DNA of 64,000 nt, taken from assembly GCA_963664875.1 (NCBI GenBank), contig OY761611.1, forward strand, positions 1,504,001-1,568,000, given 5' to 3'. The position numbers were made by a program, and so were the translations under genes. Position 1 is the first letter of the stretch; every line of letters starts with the position of its first letter. Origin of the DNA: Candidatus Kapaibacterium sp. (GTDB taxonomy: Bacteria > Bacteroidota > Ignavibacteria > Kapaibacteriales > UBA2268). The notes beneath the pieces are model-generated. The model had not been told where the DNA came from, searched no databases, and worked only from the letters and a program-made list of their open reading frames with translations. Shown in pieces: positions 50,226 through 60,818 of the stretch.

Positions 50226-53200
50226 CTATTTGCTAATTACAAATGTTTTTGTAATAGTAGTTCCGTTTGCTTCCATAGTAATCATATACATACCTGATGT
50301 AAGATTGGAAGAGTTAGCATCTATTGTTAAATCTCTTGTACCTTCAAGCATACCTTCGAATAAAGTAGCTACTCTTCTGCCCGCTGCATCAGTTAGATAA
50401 ACAGCAACATTAGAAGCCATTCTGTTTTCGATTGTAACAGAAGCAACACTTTGTACTGGGTTTGGAGTAACATCGTTAATTCTCAAGCCTGCTATAGTGT
50501 TTTCTGTAACGCTTGATGTACCTGTTTTCTTAGTAATAGTAAGCTGTATGTTATCGCTTTTTACTTCGCCGCAGTCGTTCGCAACTTTGCAGGTATAAAT
50601 ACCGGCATCAGTTAATTCAGCAAGAGCTTTAACAAATTTAGCATCTGTTGCGCCTGCGATTTCAACTCCGTCTTTCATCCATTGATAAGTTTCAGCTGTT
50701 GCACTATTTGCACTTACTTCGAGAGTAATTGCAGATTCTTCTTCAACATCTACCATAGCATTAGAAACTAATACTACTTCAGGTGCAGTTTGTACTTCTA
50801 AAACAGCTTCGTCTGAAACTACTTCATAGCGAGTACCTAAGAATTCAGAATAGCATTCTACAGAATATTTACCTTCCATAGCAAGAGCCGAAGAAGCAAT
50901 ATTCAAAGTAGCAGTTTTTGTACCTTGATAGTCTGCATTGTCGTTAAGTTTGTTTCCGTTAAAGTACCATTGATATTCTACTGTCATATGAATATCAGAA
51001 GGATCTGCATCAACTGTAAACTGAGCAGGTGCACCCTGGCAAGCTACAACAGCTTCAGGTTGAGTAGCAATTTCGATTGTATGTTCATCAGTGATATAAG
51101 CAGTTTTTGAAGTTGCAGTACCGCACTGACCTGTAACTACACAATAATAACCTACAAAATCAGTAGCTTCAACGTTATTGATAGTCAACAATGAAGATTT
51201 TGCACCTTGTATTCTGCCATTATCTTCGAGTTTCTGATTGCCTTTGTACCATTGGAAATCATGTTGATAATAAGGAGGAACAAGACCTTTCATGTGAGCT
51301 TCAACAAGGAATGTTACGTTATCGCCGTCAATAGCTCTTACAGAAGTAGGTTGGCGAGTAATTTCAGTTTCTCTAAGTACATAAAGAATAGCTGTCTCAG
51401 TAGTGAAATCATTTACACCGTTGCAATCCTCAGCTTTAACAAGACAAGAGTATTCTGCTATATCGCTATAGTCAGTTTCGTCTATATACAATATTGCTGA
51501 TTTAGCAAATTCATTGTTTTTGATTTCTTTTCCATCTTTCAACCATTGGTATGAAATGATTTCGCCAACACCATTGCCTGCAACACTAAAGCTTACGCTT
51601 TCGTTACGGCATACAACCTGAGCTTCAGGGTTATGAGTGATTGCAAAAGCATCCGGCACAGAAATATCAATGTCATTTTCGCTATTAGTAAGCACTTGGC
51701 ATTCGTTATAGCCAATAGCTACACAGCGGTATCTTCCATTATCATCAAAAGAGATATTTTCTAAAACTAACTCAGGAGTAGCAGCAGTTGGGTTTTCTGA
51801 AGCATCAATATCTGCCCAGTTACCAACTACATTTTTCTGCCATTTATAACCAATCAAATCACCAAATTCGATAGAACCTGTGAATCTAAGAGTTTGTCCC
51901 TGGCATAAAGAATTTACATCGAATTCCGGAGTAGTTTTTACACCACTGATTTTGTCATAAACAACTACTTCGATTGGCTCTGAAGTCAATTCGACAGGGT
52001 GGTGAGTAGCGCAAAGTTCTTCACCGATTACTCTTACTCTATATTTACCTTCTGCATCTTTGTGTTCAACTTGGTTTAAGTCGATTGTGTAGTTGTTAGT
52101 AAATACTGCTTCGCCTTCACTTGTCAAATCTACATATTGCTCTGTTTCTTCGTCGTATTTTTGCCAAACATAGCTCAAAGCAAAGTCCGCTTCAACTCCG
52201 AAAGTTAAAACATCTTGATTTGCACAACCTGTGATAACATTTTGAGGGTTTTGAGTAATTATAACCGGATGTTTCACTTGAATTGCAACTTCCTGTGTTT
52301 GAATTTCTTCTGCACCCTGATATCTAAATGAAGCACGGTAAGTACCTTCGTGTTCGCCTTTGATAGGATCTACAGTAAGTTTCATTCCGTTTTTGGAAAC
52401 CAAGTAAGAATCATCATCTGTGTCAGTAATTACCTGACCATTGTGTTCCCATTGTGCAACCAAACCATTGGTAATTGTTCTTTCAATACCATCAGCAAAA
52501 GTACCTACCAAAGCATAAGTCATAGAAACTGATTGATCTTCGCAATAAACAGTTTCACCACCGATGATAGTAAGTTCGTCACCTAGTGAAACAGTAACAT
52601 CTACAACATCTGCACCAATGTATGTATCAGCACCTGCAGGACGAGTTTCGCCATCTATGTCAGTATCAATACCTGTAATTTTTGGAGCTCTTAAGGCTAA
52701 GTCATTGATAGAGTTTCTGTCTAAGTGAAGACCATCAACAAAGTAAACTTTATGATCAGTACCGTTTGCTTCCATTGAAGTTAAAGTCTGCCAATCAGTA
52801 AAATTATAGATTTTACTACCGTCTAAAAATGCAATAGCACCACCGGCTACTGAAGCATCTTCGATATCATAAGCATTGTGGTTAAGGGTTTTGGCTGTTA
52901 GCATATTATAGCCAGCGTAAAGAATATAAGCAGGAGCATCTCCGCCCAGCCCAAAAAAGCTGTTAGAGAAGATATTGCTTTGTACATCCCAACTGTCAGA
53001 ATCACTTCCTACCTGTACACAAGCTGAACGATCAGTTGCATATGATGAATTGAAATCATTGAAGGTTCCTTCCAATCGAATTGTATTATGATGCAAAATC
53101 ACATTGTCTGCACCATCATCAAACTGGACACCATATACATAAACCCATTTGTCTTGAGTTCCTGTTTCTTTATGTGCAGCCAAATTATTAATAGCATTGT

Positions 53201-55088
53201 TTGTAATTTTTGCACCACTAGCATCGCCACTGAAATAGATACCAACTGCAAAGTCGTCAGAATAAGCACCGTATCTAGAATCAAGAACAAGATTTGAAAT
53301 CATGTTCATGTTTATATTCAAATTTTCACTATCCTCAGCACCAATACCGGCTATTATATTTGTGTAAGCTTCACCAACCATTGTTAGATTGTTGATTTGA
53401 TTATTCATTAGAGATGAACCGCTCGCATTTAAAATATATATACCCTTAGCTGCATTCATATTATTGATATTGTTGCCGCTCACTTGAGAATCTGCAATAC
53501 CATCTAAGTACATAACTTCTGTGTAAGTGCCACCAACAAATGTATTACCTGTAACTGTTGCACCGGCAATATCATCTGCTTCGATAGCTCTGTCTGCAGT
53601 CAAATTTGTAAATGTGTTGTCGGAAATAATAGTTTTTGGAGAGTTATCTATGTCGATAACATAAGAAACATCTTCGCCTGCATTCGCAAAAGTGTTAGAA
53701 GTGATAACTGCTTTCGCAGCTTCAGTATCAGTTTCATTGTTGTTATAAGACACAAATATAGCTTTTTCGTCAAAAGACTCAAAAGTATTGCCTGAAATTA
53801 CTAAGCCGTCCGTATATTTTGTGTATATAGCAGCATCCGCAAACAATCCAGTCGCATTAGAAAAAGTATTTCCGGAGATAATAATTCCACGAATCATTTC
53901 AGTTTCAGCACCGGCTTGTGCTTTAAAAGCGGTAGAAGCATTGCTGAAATCAACATTAGAAACAACTATATTTGAGTGACCTGAAGAGCCGTTTGCCGCA
54001 GATAAGTCAGCACCCCAAATTGCGATACCGTTAGATTCGTCAGCTGAAGTGCCGTCTGTAGCTCCATCTATTTTGATATTAGCAAAAGAGATATTTTGAG
54101 AGCCGTTATCTTCGAAGTCAGTAAGCAAGATAGCAGTACCATTTGAAGCAGCTGTGTTGTCAAAGGTTAGATATTTGCCGTCTGTTGCTTCCAAATACAT
54201 TGGTTCGTCAGATGGTTCTTCTTCGTCGCCTGTAGGAGCAACATAATCAGGATTGTTAGTAACAAGATTACCAACAAAAGTAATATTATCTGCACCCATA
54301 ATGTTTATCAAAGCTTCGTCAGCAAAGTTACCGGAAATAGTACGAGCTGCACCAAATGCTTTGATAGTAAGGCTTCCGTTATCAAACTCATGAAGAGCTA
54401 CATTATCTGTTTCTGTTATATCAGAAACTATAAAGGCAGTAACGCTACCTTCCAAATCGCGTAGGTTTATGTCAGCGAAAAGTTCGCCAAGAGTTGCATA
54501 ATCAGCTTCAGGAGTGTTACCTACCCACACAGTATCTTTGACCGGAACAAGAGCACTTAAGCTAATGTCATCAATCAATACACCGTTTTTGTTGCTTGCT
54601 GTAGCTTCGAAAGCAATCTGATAAGTTTCTGTTACGCCTTTCAGCCTGATACTTTCTTTTTCCCATGCTGTAGTAGGATCTGCAAATTCTTCCTGAAGAA
54701 CCCACTCAGCTTCTGCATTAGCTTTTGTGAATACACGCAATGTATCTGCTAAATCTGCTTTAGCAAACTGTGCTCTGTAAAATTCCAAAGTAGTAACACC
54801 ACCCTGATAATTTTTCAAATCAAATAATGGCATTACCAAACGTGTAACACCCGGATTTGCATTATGCATAATAGCATTGTTAGTACCACTATTAGCTGCA
54901 TCAGGAAATCCGGTTGGTGAACCTGTGCCAACTGACCAGTCATAAGTTCCGGTCATATACTGCTGAGTCCAGCCGTCAGGTAATGCGCCGGATTCGAAAT
55001 CTTCAGTAATGATTTCTACGGCACCAAGATTTGCAAGGCAAATTACGATAGCAAATGCCACAAGAGCCAATGTTTTAATTGGTTTCAT
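50226..55088 (-). CDS. 1620-aa T9SS surface protein: MAM/cleaved-adhesin-like N-domain, parallel beta-helix, multiple Ig-like domains, type-A CTD
   Basis: EDFESG..PDGW start; ISGNTF/ITSNTF beta-helix repeats; ITxxP...YQW.K...Y.C Ig repeats; VTPNPV...KTFVISK; GGAG RBS. Confidence 0.85.
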   Translation of the reverse strand: MKPIKTLALVAFAIVICLANLGAVEIITEDFESGALPDGWTQQYMTGTYDWSVGTGSPTGFPDAANSGTNNAIMHNANPGVTRLVMPLFDLKNYQGGVTTLEFYRAQFAKADLADTLRVFTKANAEAEWVLQEEFADPTTAWEKESIRLKGVTETYQIAFEATASNKNGVLIDDISLSALVPVKDTVWVGNTPEADYATLGELFADINLRDLEGSVTAFIVSDITETDNVALHEFDNGSLTIKAFGAARTISGNFADEALINIMGADNITFVGNLVTNNPDYVAPTGDEEEPSDEPMYLEATDGKYLTFDNTAASNGTAILLTDFEDNGSQNISFANIKIDGATDGTSADESNGIAIWGADLSAANGSSGHSNIVVSNVDFSNASTAFKAQAGAETEMIRGIIISGNTFSNATGLFADAAIYTKYTDGLVISGNTFESFDEKAIFVSYNNNETDTEAAKAVITSNTFANAGEDVSYVIDIDNSPKTIISDNTFTNLTADRAIEADDIAGATVTGNTFVGGTYTEVMYLDGIADSQVSGNNINNMNAAKGIYILNASGSSLMNNQINNLTMVGEAYTNIIAGIGAEDSENLNINMNMISNLVLDSRYGAYSDDFAVGIYFSGDASGAKITNNAINNLAAHKETGTQDKWVYVYGVQFDDGADNVILHHNTIRLEGTFNDFNSSYATDRSACVQVGSDSDSWDVQSNIFSNSFFGLGGDAPAYILYAGYNMLTAKTLNHNAYDIEDASVAGGAIAFLDGSKIYNFTDWQTLTSMEANGTDHKVYFVDGLHLDRNSINDLALRAPKITGIDTDIDGETRPAGADTYIGADVVDVTVSLGDELTIIGGETVYCEDQSVSMTYALVGTFADGIERTITNGLVAQWEHNGQVITDTDDDSYLVSKNGMKLTVDPIKGEHEGTYRASFRYQGAEEIQTQEVAIQVKHPVIITQNPQNVITGCANQDVLTFGVEADFALSYVWQKYDEETEQYVDLTSEGEAVFTNNYTIDLNQVEHKDAEGKYRVRVIGEELCATHHPVELTSEPIEVVVYDKISGVKTTPEFDVNSLCQGQTLRFTGSIEFGDLIGYKWQKNVVGNWADIDASENPTAATPELVLENISFDDNGRYRCVAIGYNECQVLTNSENDIDISVPDAFAITHNPEAQVVCRNESVSFSVAGNGVGEIISYQWLKDGKEIKNNEFAKSAILYIDETDYSDIAEYSCLVKAEDCNGVNDFTTETAILYVLRETEITRQPTSVRAIDGDNVTFLVEAHMKGLVPPYYQHDFQWYKGNQKLEDNGRIQGAKSSLLTINNVEATDFVGYYCVVTGQCGTATSKTAYITDEHTIEIATQPEAVVACQGAPAQFTVDADPSDIHMTVEYQWYFNGNKLNDNADYQGTKTATLNIASSALAMEGKYSVECYSEFLGTRYEVVSDEAVLEVQTAPEVVLVSNAMVDVEEESAITLEVSANSATAETYQWMKDGVEIAGATDAKFVKALAELTDAGIYTCKVANDCGEVKSDNIQLTITKKTGTSSVTENTIAGLRINDVTPNPVQSVASVTIENRMASNVAVYLTDAAGRRVATLFEGMLEGTRDLTIDANSSNLTSGMYMITMEANGTTITKTFVISK

Positions 55089-55923
55089 AACTCCATCTTG
55101 TAAAAATTATTAAACAGTACAATTAGTATTTCAAAATCTCAATGAAACTTTACAATCTTTACAATAGCTTCTTAAAGACTGTATTTTTGTATTATTATCA
55201 TGTTATCTCTTTTAAGTATTATATAGGATATAGAATTCTATAATAATACTTTATAACCACATACAATAGACACATATATCCGAAACACGTCTCAAATAAG
55301 GGTTTTAACAAATTCTTAAAAATGCTTTTAGTGATAATAAGAACAAGTATTTTGCAATTTTTATTTCTATTGTCAATTATTATAGACGTTACTATAACAC
55401 ATAAACACTCATCTATTTCAATACTAACTAAAGAATATTATATTTCCAAATCAATAAAATTAATCACACAATTACTGCTTATTAGGTAATAGCTTTGGGT
55501 AGGGTCTTTTATGAGCAACTTATGATTGTTCATTTTTCTTGCTTGTAGCTACACAAATGGTATAGTTTGAAATAATCATATTTTACAGCAATATTGACTA
55601 TACAAAAGCCTAGTGCAATTCCGTTCATATTTATCAATCTGTAATAATAATTATTGTCTATCGGCTACAAATTATTTGTATAAATAATTATCACTGTTTT
55701 ACATCTTTTTCTTCCTATGGTGATAATTTTAGAGCTATGATGAATACTTCTTCCTCTTAATGTTCAGCTTTGCTGCAATAAATATCATCGCAAAAGTAAC
55801 GCAGTATCATTTCATATTTTTATTAGTAATCAAAATTGACAAATCAATCCATATTTTTTTTCGTTCTTTCCCTTCACATACCTATCTTTGTATGATTATG
55901 TTAAATACTATACAAATCAAAAT

Positions 55924-57174
55924 ATGACAACTCTAATAAGAAATATCAGCTCGTTGGTAACAGTCAATGCAGCCGGCAGTACTCACAAAATCGGCTCTCA
56001 AATGCAGGAGATAGGAGAAATCAAAAATGGTGCTATCCTTTTTGATGAGAAAGTTTTGTGGATTGGAAACGACTTGGAGGCAGAAAAGCTCTTAACTGAA
56101 AATAAAATTCAGCCTAACAAAATTATCAATGCCAATGGCAAAACAATACTGCCCGGGTTCGCGGATTCCCACACTCATATAGTTTTCGCAGGTAATCGTT
56201 CCGGTGAGTTCGCAAGGAGACTCCGTGGCGTGAGTTATGTTCAAATTGCTGAAGAAGGTGGCGGAATACTCACAACAGTAAAAGGCACTCGCGAATCTTC
56301 TATCGAACAGCTCGCTGAAAACGGAAGAAAATTGGCACATTCGATGATGAAACACGGCACTACTTCAGTAGAAATCAAAAGTGGATACGGACTTTCTTTC
56401 GAAGCTGAAATAAAACAGCTTAAAGCAATCAAAATGCTTAAAGAAGAACTTCCCATGAATATTAAATCCACTTTCCTCGGTGCACACGATTTCCCTCCGG
56501 AGTTTAGAGATGATAGAGATAGATACGTGGATTTATTAGTTAATGAAATAATTCCTTATGTTGCGGAAAACAAGCTTGCTGATTATTGCGATGCTTTTGT
56601 TGACAAAGGTTACTATACTGTTGAGCAGGGCGAGCGTATTTTCCGTGCTGCTGCTGATCATGGTATGAAACTAAAAGTACATGCAGACGAGCTTGCAGAT
56701 GTCTCTGCTGCTCAGCTTGCTGCAAAAATGAGAGCTGTATCAGCTGATCATCTTTTGTTTGTGTCTGATGCCGGTATCAATGCTCTCAAAGAGGCAGGTA
56801 CTGTTGCTACATTGCTTCCAGGGACAGCATATTTCATAAGAATGCCTTATGCTCCTGCGAGAAAGTTAATAGAAGCAGGTGCTACTGTAGCCCTTTCAAC
56901 TGATTGTAATCCGGGATCATGTTTTACAGAAAATATGCAAATGATTTTGTCGCTATCGGTTATAAATATGGGAATGACAGCCGAAGAAGCCCTGGTAGGT
57001 GCAACTCTCAATGGTGCTAAAGCAATGGAAATATCTGAGTTTACAGGTTCGCTGGAAGTCGGCAAGCAAGCAGATTTTATAGTAGCCGACATAGATTCAT
57101 ATACCGATTTATTCTATCATTTCGGTATCAATCATGTAAAAGAAACTTGGATAAAAGGTAAACAAATAATATAA
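55924..57174 (+). CDS. hutI: Imidazolonepropionase
   Basis: PGFADSHTH, GGGILTTV, EIKSGYGL, FLGAH, HADEL, SADHL, TDCNPGS. Confidence 0.96.
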   Translation: MTTLIRNISSLVTVNAAGSTHKIGSQMQEIGEIKNGAILFDEKVLWIGNDLEAEKLLTENKIQPNKIINANGKTILPGFADSHTHIVFAGNRSGEFARRLRGVSYVQIAEEGGGILTTVKGTRESSIEQLAENGRKLAHSMMKHGTTSVEIKSGYGLSFEAEIKQLKAIKMLKEELPMNIKSTFLGAHDFPPEFRDDRDRYVDLLVNEIIPYVAENKLADYCDAFVDKGYYTVEQGERIFRAAADHGMKLKVHADELADVSAAQLAAKMRAVSADHLLFVSDAGINALKEAGTVATLLPGTAYFIRMPYAPARKLIEAGATVALSTDCNPGSCFTENMQMILSLSVINMGMTAEEALVGATLNGAKAMEISEFTGSLEVGKQADFIVADIDSYTDLFYHFGINHVKETWIKGKQII

Positions 57175-57198
57175 AGAAAAGAATCTTTAGGAAGTTTG

Positions 57199-57240
57199 AC
57201 GAGTATTAGAAGAAGTGTCCTATAATACTCGTTTTTTTTT
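57199..57240 (+). terminator. Intrinsic terminator after hutI
   Basis: ACGAGTATTA...TAATACTCGT stem plus T run. Confidence 0.75.
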
Positions 57241-57267
57241 AGCCAAAAACAATGTAACTAACCTCTT

Positions 57268-58776
57268 CTATTCGCCAGACTCAAAATCTTGAAAATTTAT
57301 TCCGTCCTCTAATGCTATTATTTTTGCAGCATGCCTACCGGATAGTATTACTAATGGCACTCCTCCGCCCGGATGTGATGATCCGCCTGTGAAATAAAGA
57401 TTTTTAAGTAATCGGGAGCGGTTTGCAGGTCGCTGAAAAGCTGCCATCATGCTGTTTGAAGATATACCGTAGATACTGCCTCTGTTAGAAAAATATTTAT
57501 TTTTAAAATCTAATGGAGTAAAAGCATCTTCGCATTCAATTTTATCAGATATATCTATTCCATGTGTTTTTAAATCGGATAGTACACTTTGCCTAACCCG
57601 CTGCGTTGCAGACTCCCAGTCCTGACCTGAATGATAAGGCATATTGAGCAATACATACCAATTCTCGCAACCATCCGGAGCATGATTCGAATCAATTTTC
57701 GACGAAACTGACACATATATTGTCGCATTATTTGGGTGCGTATGGCTATGAAAAATAGTGTCAAATTCTTTTTTGTAATCATCTGAAAAAAATACATTGT
57801 GCAAAGCAAGTTGCTCATGCCTGCCTTTCACTCCCCAATGAAAAAGCATTCCTGAAAGAGACGGTTCCAACTTTCTTAACTTAATAGTATAATCAGGAAA
57901 TCCTTTTATCATAGTAGAAAAGGTATAGACTACATCGCTGTTTGCCACTATTCTATCGTAATTTATTACTTCCTCCCCTACTCTGATGCCATTGACTGCA
58001 ACTCTGTCATGTAAAATTTCAGTAATTTGGGTATTCAAAAAAATATTGATACCCATATCCTTCATAATACTTTGTAGCGACTCAACTATTTTATACATCC
58101 CAACTTTTACATAATAGCTCCCCATAGAAAACTCTACATGCGGAATAATATTGAGAGTTGCAGGTATTTGATAGGGATTTGAACCATTATATGTAGCAAA
58201 TCTTCCAAAAAGTTGTAACACTTTCTCGTTCTTGAAATACTCCTGCAATCGTTCCTGCATAGTTTTAAAAGCATCTATTTTGAATGCAGTATTGATTGGA
58301 GGCATTTTTTTCTCCTGCCACAAGCGACTGACCTCGTGAAAAGGTTCGAATAGAAATATTTCTGCGGCAAGCTCATACAATCTTTTAGAATATTCCATAA
58401 ATTCTCTAAACTTTTCAGAGTCCTCAACTGAAATTTCAGAAATATTCTTTTGCATCTTATCCAAATCTTTATGTGTATCTAAGATAGTACCATCTTTAAA
58501 GAAATTTTTGGAAATTGGATCAATTTCTGCAATTTCTATGTATTTATCCATTTGATATCCGGCAAATCGGAATATCCGTTCTAACACAAAAGGCATAGTC
58601 AGTAGCGTAGGTCCAGTGTCAAATCTATATTGTCCAAGAATATTTTGGTTTAATTTGCCACCAAGTGAGTCGTTTTTTTCATATAAATCAATTTCATAAC
58701 CCATTTTTCTAAGATAAATGGCAGCTGACAATCCACCAAGTCCGCCTCCTATAACAGCAACTCGTTTATTCATCAA
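57268..58776 (-). CDS. Phytoene desaturase family (CrtI/CrtD/CrtN-like) FAD oxidoreductase
   Basis: VIGGGLGGL, EKN..GGK, FDTGPTLLTMP, YNGSNPY, LYFTGGSSHPGGGVP. Confidence 0.9.
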   Translation of the reverse strand: MMNKRVAVIGGGLGGLSAAIYLRKMGYEIDLYEKNDSLGGKLNQNILGQYRFDTGPTLLTMPFVLERIFRFAGYQMDKYIEIAEIDPISKNFFKDGTILDTHKDLDKMQKNISEISVEDSEKFREFMEYSKRLYELAAEIFLFEPFHEVSRLWQEKKMPPINTAFKIDAFKTMQERLQEYFKNEKVLQLFGRFATYNGSNPYQIPATLNIIPHVEFSMGSYYVKVGMYKIVESLQSIMKDMGINIFLNTQITEILHDRVAVNGIRVGEEVINYDRIVANSDVVYTFSTMIKGFPDYTIKLRKLEPSLSGMLFHWGVKGRHEQLALHNVFFSDDYKKEFDTIFHSHTHPNNATIYVSVSSKIDSNHAPDGCENWYVLLNMPYHSGQDWESATQRVRQSVLSDLKTHGIDISDKIECEDAFTPLDFKNKYFSNRGSIYGISSNSMMAAFQRPANRSRLLKNLYFTGGSSHPGGGVPLVILSGRHAAKIIALEDGINFQDFESGE

Positions 58777-59329
58777 ACATCTCCTTCAGTTGCTTCAATC
58801 TGTTTTTTTCTTTAGCGTCGAGCTCAATATTTTCCTCTATGAAGGCGAGGGTATTTTTTAAAAGTTCTTTAGGATAAAGACCAAAGCTATTTTTATCCAT
58901 GATATTGATTATTCGTTTCAAAGCAGTTTCCGCTTCATCACTTTTCCCAAAAAAGAATGGAAGATAGTAGCAGGTAGAACCATAAATAAAAAGTGCCTCT
59001 ATATTATTCTGAGAGTTTTCCATCCCCTTTTCCATCAAATCTATACCCTTATTTGCATATTCAAGTTTAGTACCCGGCCAAAATGCAAATTTTGCCTTTA
59101 CTGCAATAAGAGAGCCTATATAAACCTCTGCAGTCGATTTGAAAAAAGGCTTAGATTTCACTATTTCTTTAAACTGCTTTATTGCAGGATCAATATCTTC
59201 CTCGTTTTCCAAAGCAGCATAGTAAGTCTTCCTTAGTTTCTCCAACTCTGAGTCATTAGCAGTCAATCCCCCGAAGCTTACAGCAAATGAGAAAAACAGG
59301 AACATTATATATATTGCAGGAAATTTCAT
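58766..59329 (-). CDS. Hypothetical exported alpha-helical protein coupled to the desaturase gene
   Basis: Signal peptide; AKFAFWPGTKL and YYLPFFFG; stop overlaps the desaturase start by 11 bp. Confidence 0.7.
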   Translation of the reverse strand: MKFPAIYIMFLFFSFAVSFGGLTANDSELEKLRKTYYAALENEEDIDPAIKQFKEIVKSKPFFKSTAEVYIGSLIAVKAKFAFWPGTKLEYANKGIDLMEKGMENSQNNIEALFIYGSTCYYLPFFFGKSDEAETALKRIINIMDKNSFGLYPKELLKNTLAFIEENIELDAKEKNRLKQLKEMFDE

Positions 59330-59608
59330 ATCATAGCGTCCGTATATATTAAGGATTAGTGAAAATAACGACTCCAAACAAAGTCTATTGCAAAAAAATA
59401 TTTATTAGGTAAAATAAACTTTGAGCTATTCTATCTTTAACGATTTTATTGGCTTCGTGTTCTGCACTTGCTATCTAAGATTGTGTTCACAAACACTTCT
59501 GCTTTAGCATTTTGTTGTACTCTTATAGTATTTTTGCATATATTTACTTAGCTATAATTTTTTGTTTTCAAATTGACATTCAACACTTAAAAAAACGGAA
59601 GCTATTTT

Positions 59609-60652
59609 ATGATACTGCTTTTTGTATATCTTTCACTCGCACTAGTAATTTCATTTCTTTGTTCAATTATGGAAGCAGTGCTTCTTTCGACTACAAAATC
59701 GTTTTTGATGGTAAAAGAAGAACAAAATATACGTTGGGCTACAAAATTTCTGAATTTTAAAAAAGATATAGACAAGCCTCTATCTGCAATTCTCTCGCTA
59801 AATACAGTCGCCCATACAGTCGGAGCAGCAGGTGTTGGAGCTCAGGCATCCATTGTATTTGGTAGTGAGTACTTTGGGATAGTTTCCGCTATACTTACAC
59901 TTTTGATACTTATTTTTACAGAAATCATACCTAAAACTCTCGGAGCAAATTATTGGGACAAATTGGCTGCAATAATAACTTATTTCATTTCTGGCTCCAT
60001 TATTATTACTTATCCTTTGGTAAAAATTTCGTCCTTGCTTACTAAACTCTTTGCTTCAAAAGAGACAGGAAAGTCAACCAGCCGCGAAGAAATAGCACTG
60101 TTAGCAGGAATTGGTGCCGATGAAGGTTTGTTTGATATCAAAGAACAAAAAGTGATACAGAACATACTTAAACTCAAATCTTTGAAAGTATCCTCCATTA
60201 TGACTCCCCGCACTGTATTGGCAACAGCTTCGGGCAGCATGAGCATCACTGATTTTAAAAAATCAATTTTATATCGACCATTTTCAAGAATTCCTATTTA
60301 CAAAGAAGATATAGATGACACTGATGCATATATTGTTAAGCAGGAAGTTTACGAATGCGAGCAACCTGAAAACAAAACTTTAGAAAATTTTGGAAGAAAG
60401 ATGCTAATTGTTCCTGCGTCAAAGACAGTCTTTGATTTATGGGAATTGCTCCTTAAGCAAAAAGAGCACATAGCATTAGTCATTGACGAATTTGGTGGAG
60501 TTGACGGGATTGTTACTATGGAAGATATAATAGAATCTATCTTGGGCTTGGAGATAATTGACGAAAAGGACATGGCAGACGACATGCAAAAACTCGCTTT
60601 GGAGAGATGGAACACAAGACAAAAGAAATATAAATTTATAGACAAGGATTAA
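59609..60652 (+). CDS. CNNM (DUF21) + CBS domain hemolysin-family membrane protein
   Basis: SFLCSIMEAVLLS, EIIPKTLG, IMTPR, FSRIPIY, VIDEFGG..GIVTMEDIIE. Confidence 0.92.
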   Translation: MILLFVYLSLALVISFLCSIMEAVLLSTTKSFLMVKEEQNIRWATKFLNFKKDIDKPLSAILSLNTVAHTVGAAGVGAQASIVFGSEYFGIVSAILTLLILIFTEIIPKTLGANYWDKLAAIITYFISGSIIITYPLVKISSLLTKLFASKETGKSTSREEIALLAGIGADEGLFDIKEQKVIQNILKLKSLKVSSIMTPRTVLATASGSMSITDFKKSILYRPFSRIPIYKEDIDDTDAYIVKQEVYECEQPENKTLENFGRKMLIVPASKTVFDLWELLLKQKEHIALVIDEFGGVDGIVTMEDIIESILGLEIIDEKDMADDMQKLALERWNTRQKKYKFIDKD

Positions 60653-60818
60653 AAATACTAATCAGGGCAAATTCCATTGCTTCAGATAATTGTATTTATA
60701 TAAGCCCTCTCTTAATAAGTAAAAAGTCTTATATTGCAAAAACAGATTATTTCTGTGGAAACTTTATTACTCTACATTCGTTTCTCTTATCGTAAATAAA
60801 CTAAGGGAAAAATCAAAA

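Noticed and set aside
55089-55923. Long AT-rich gap as oriC or a pseudogene
   Set aside because: No DnaA-box cluster and no recognisable gene remnant.
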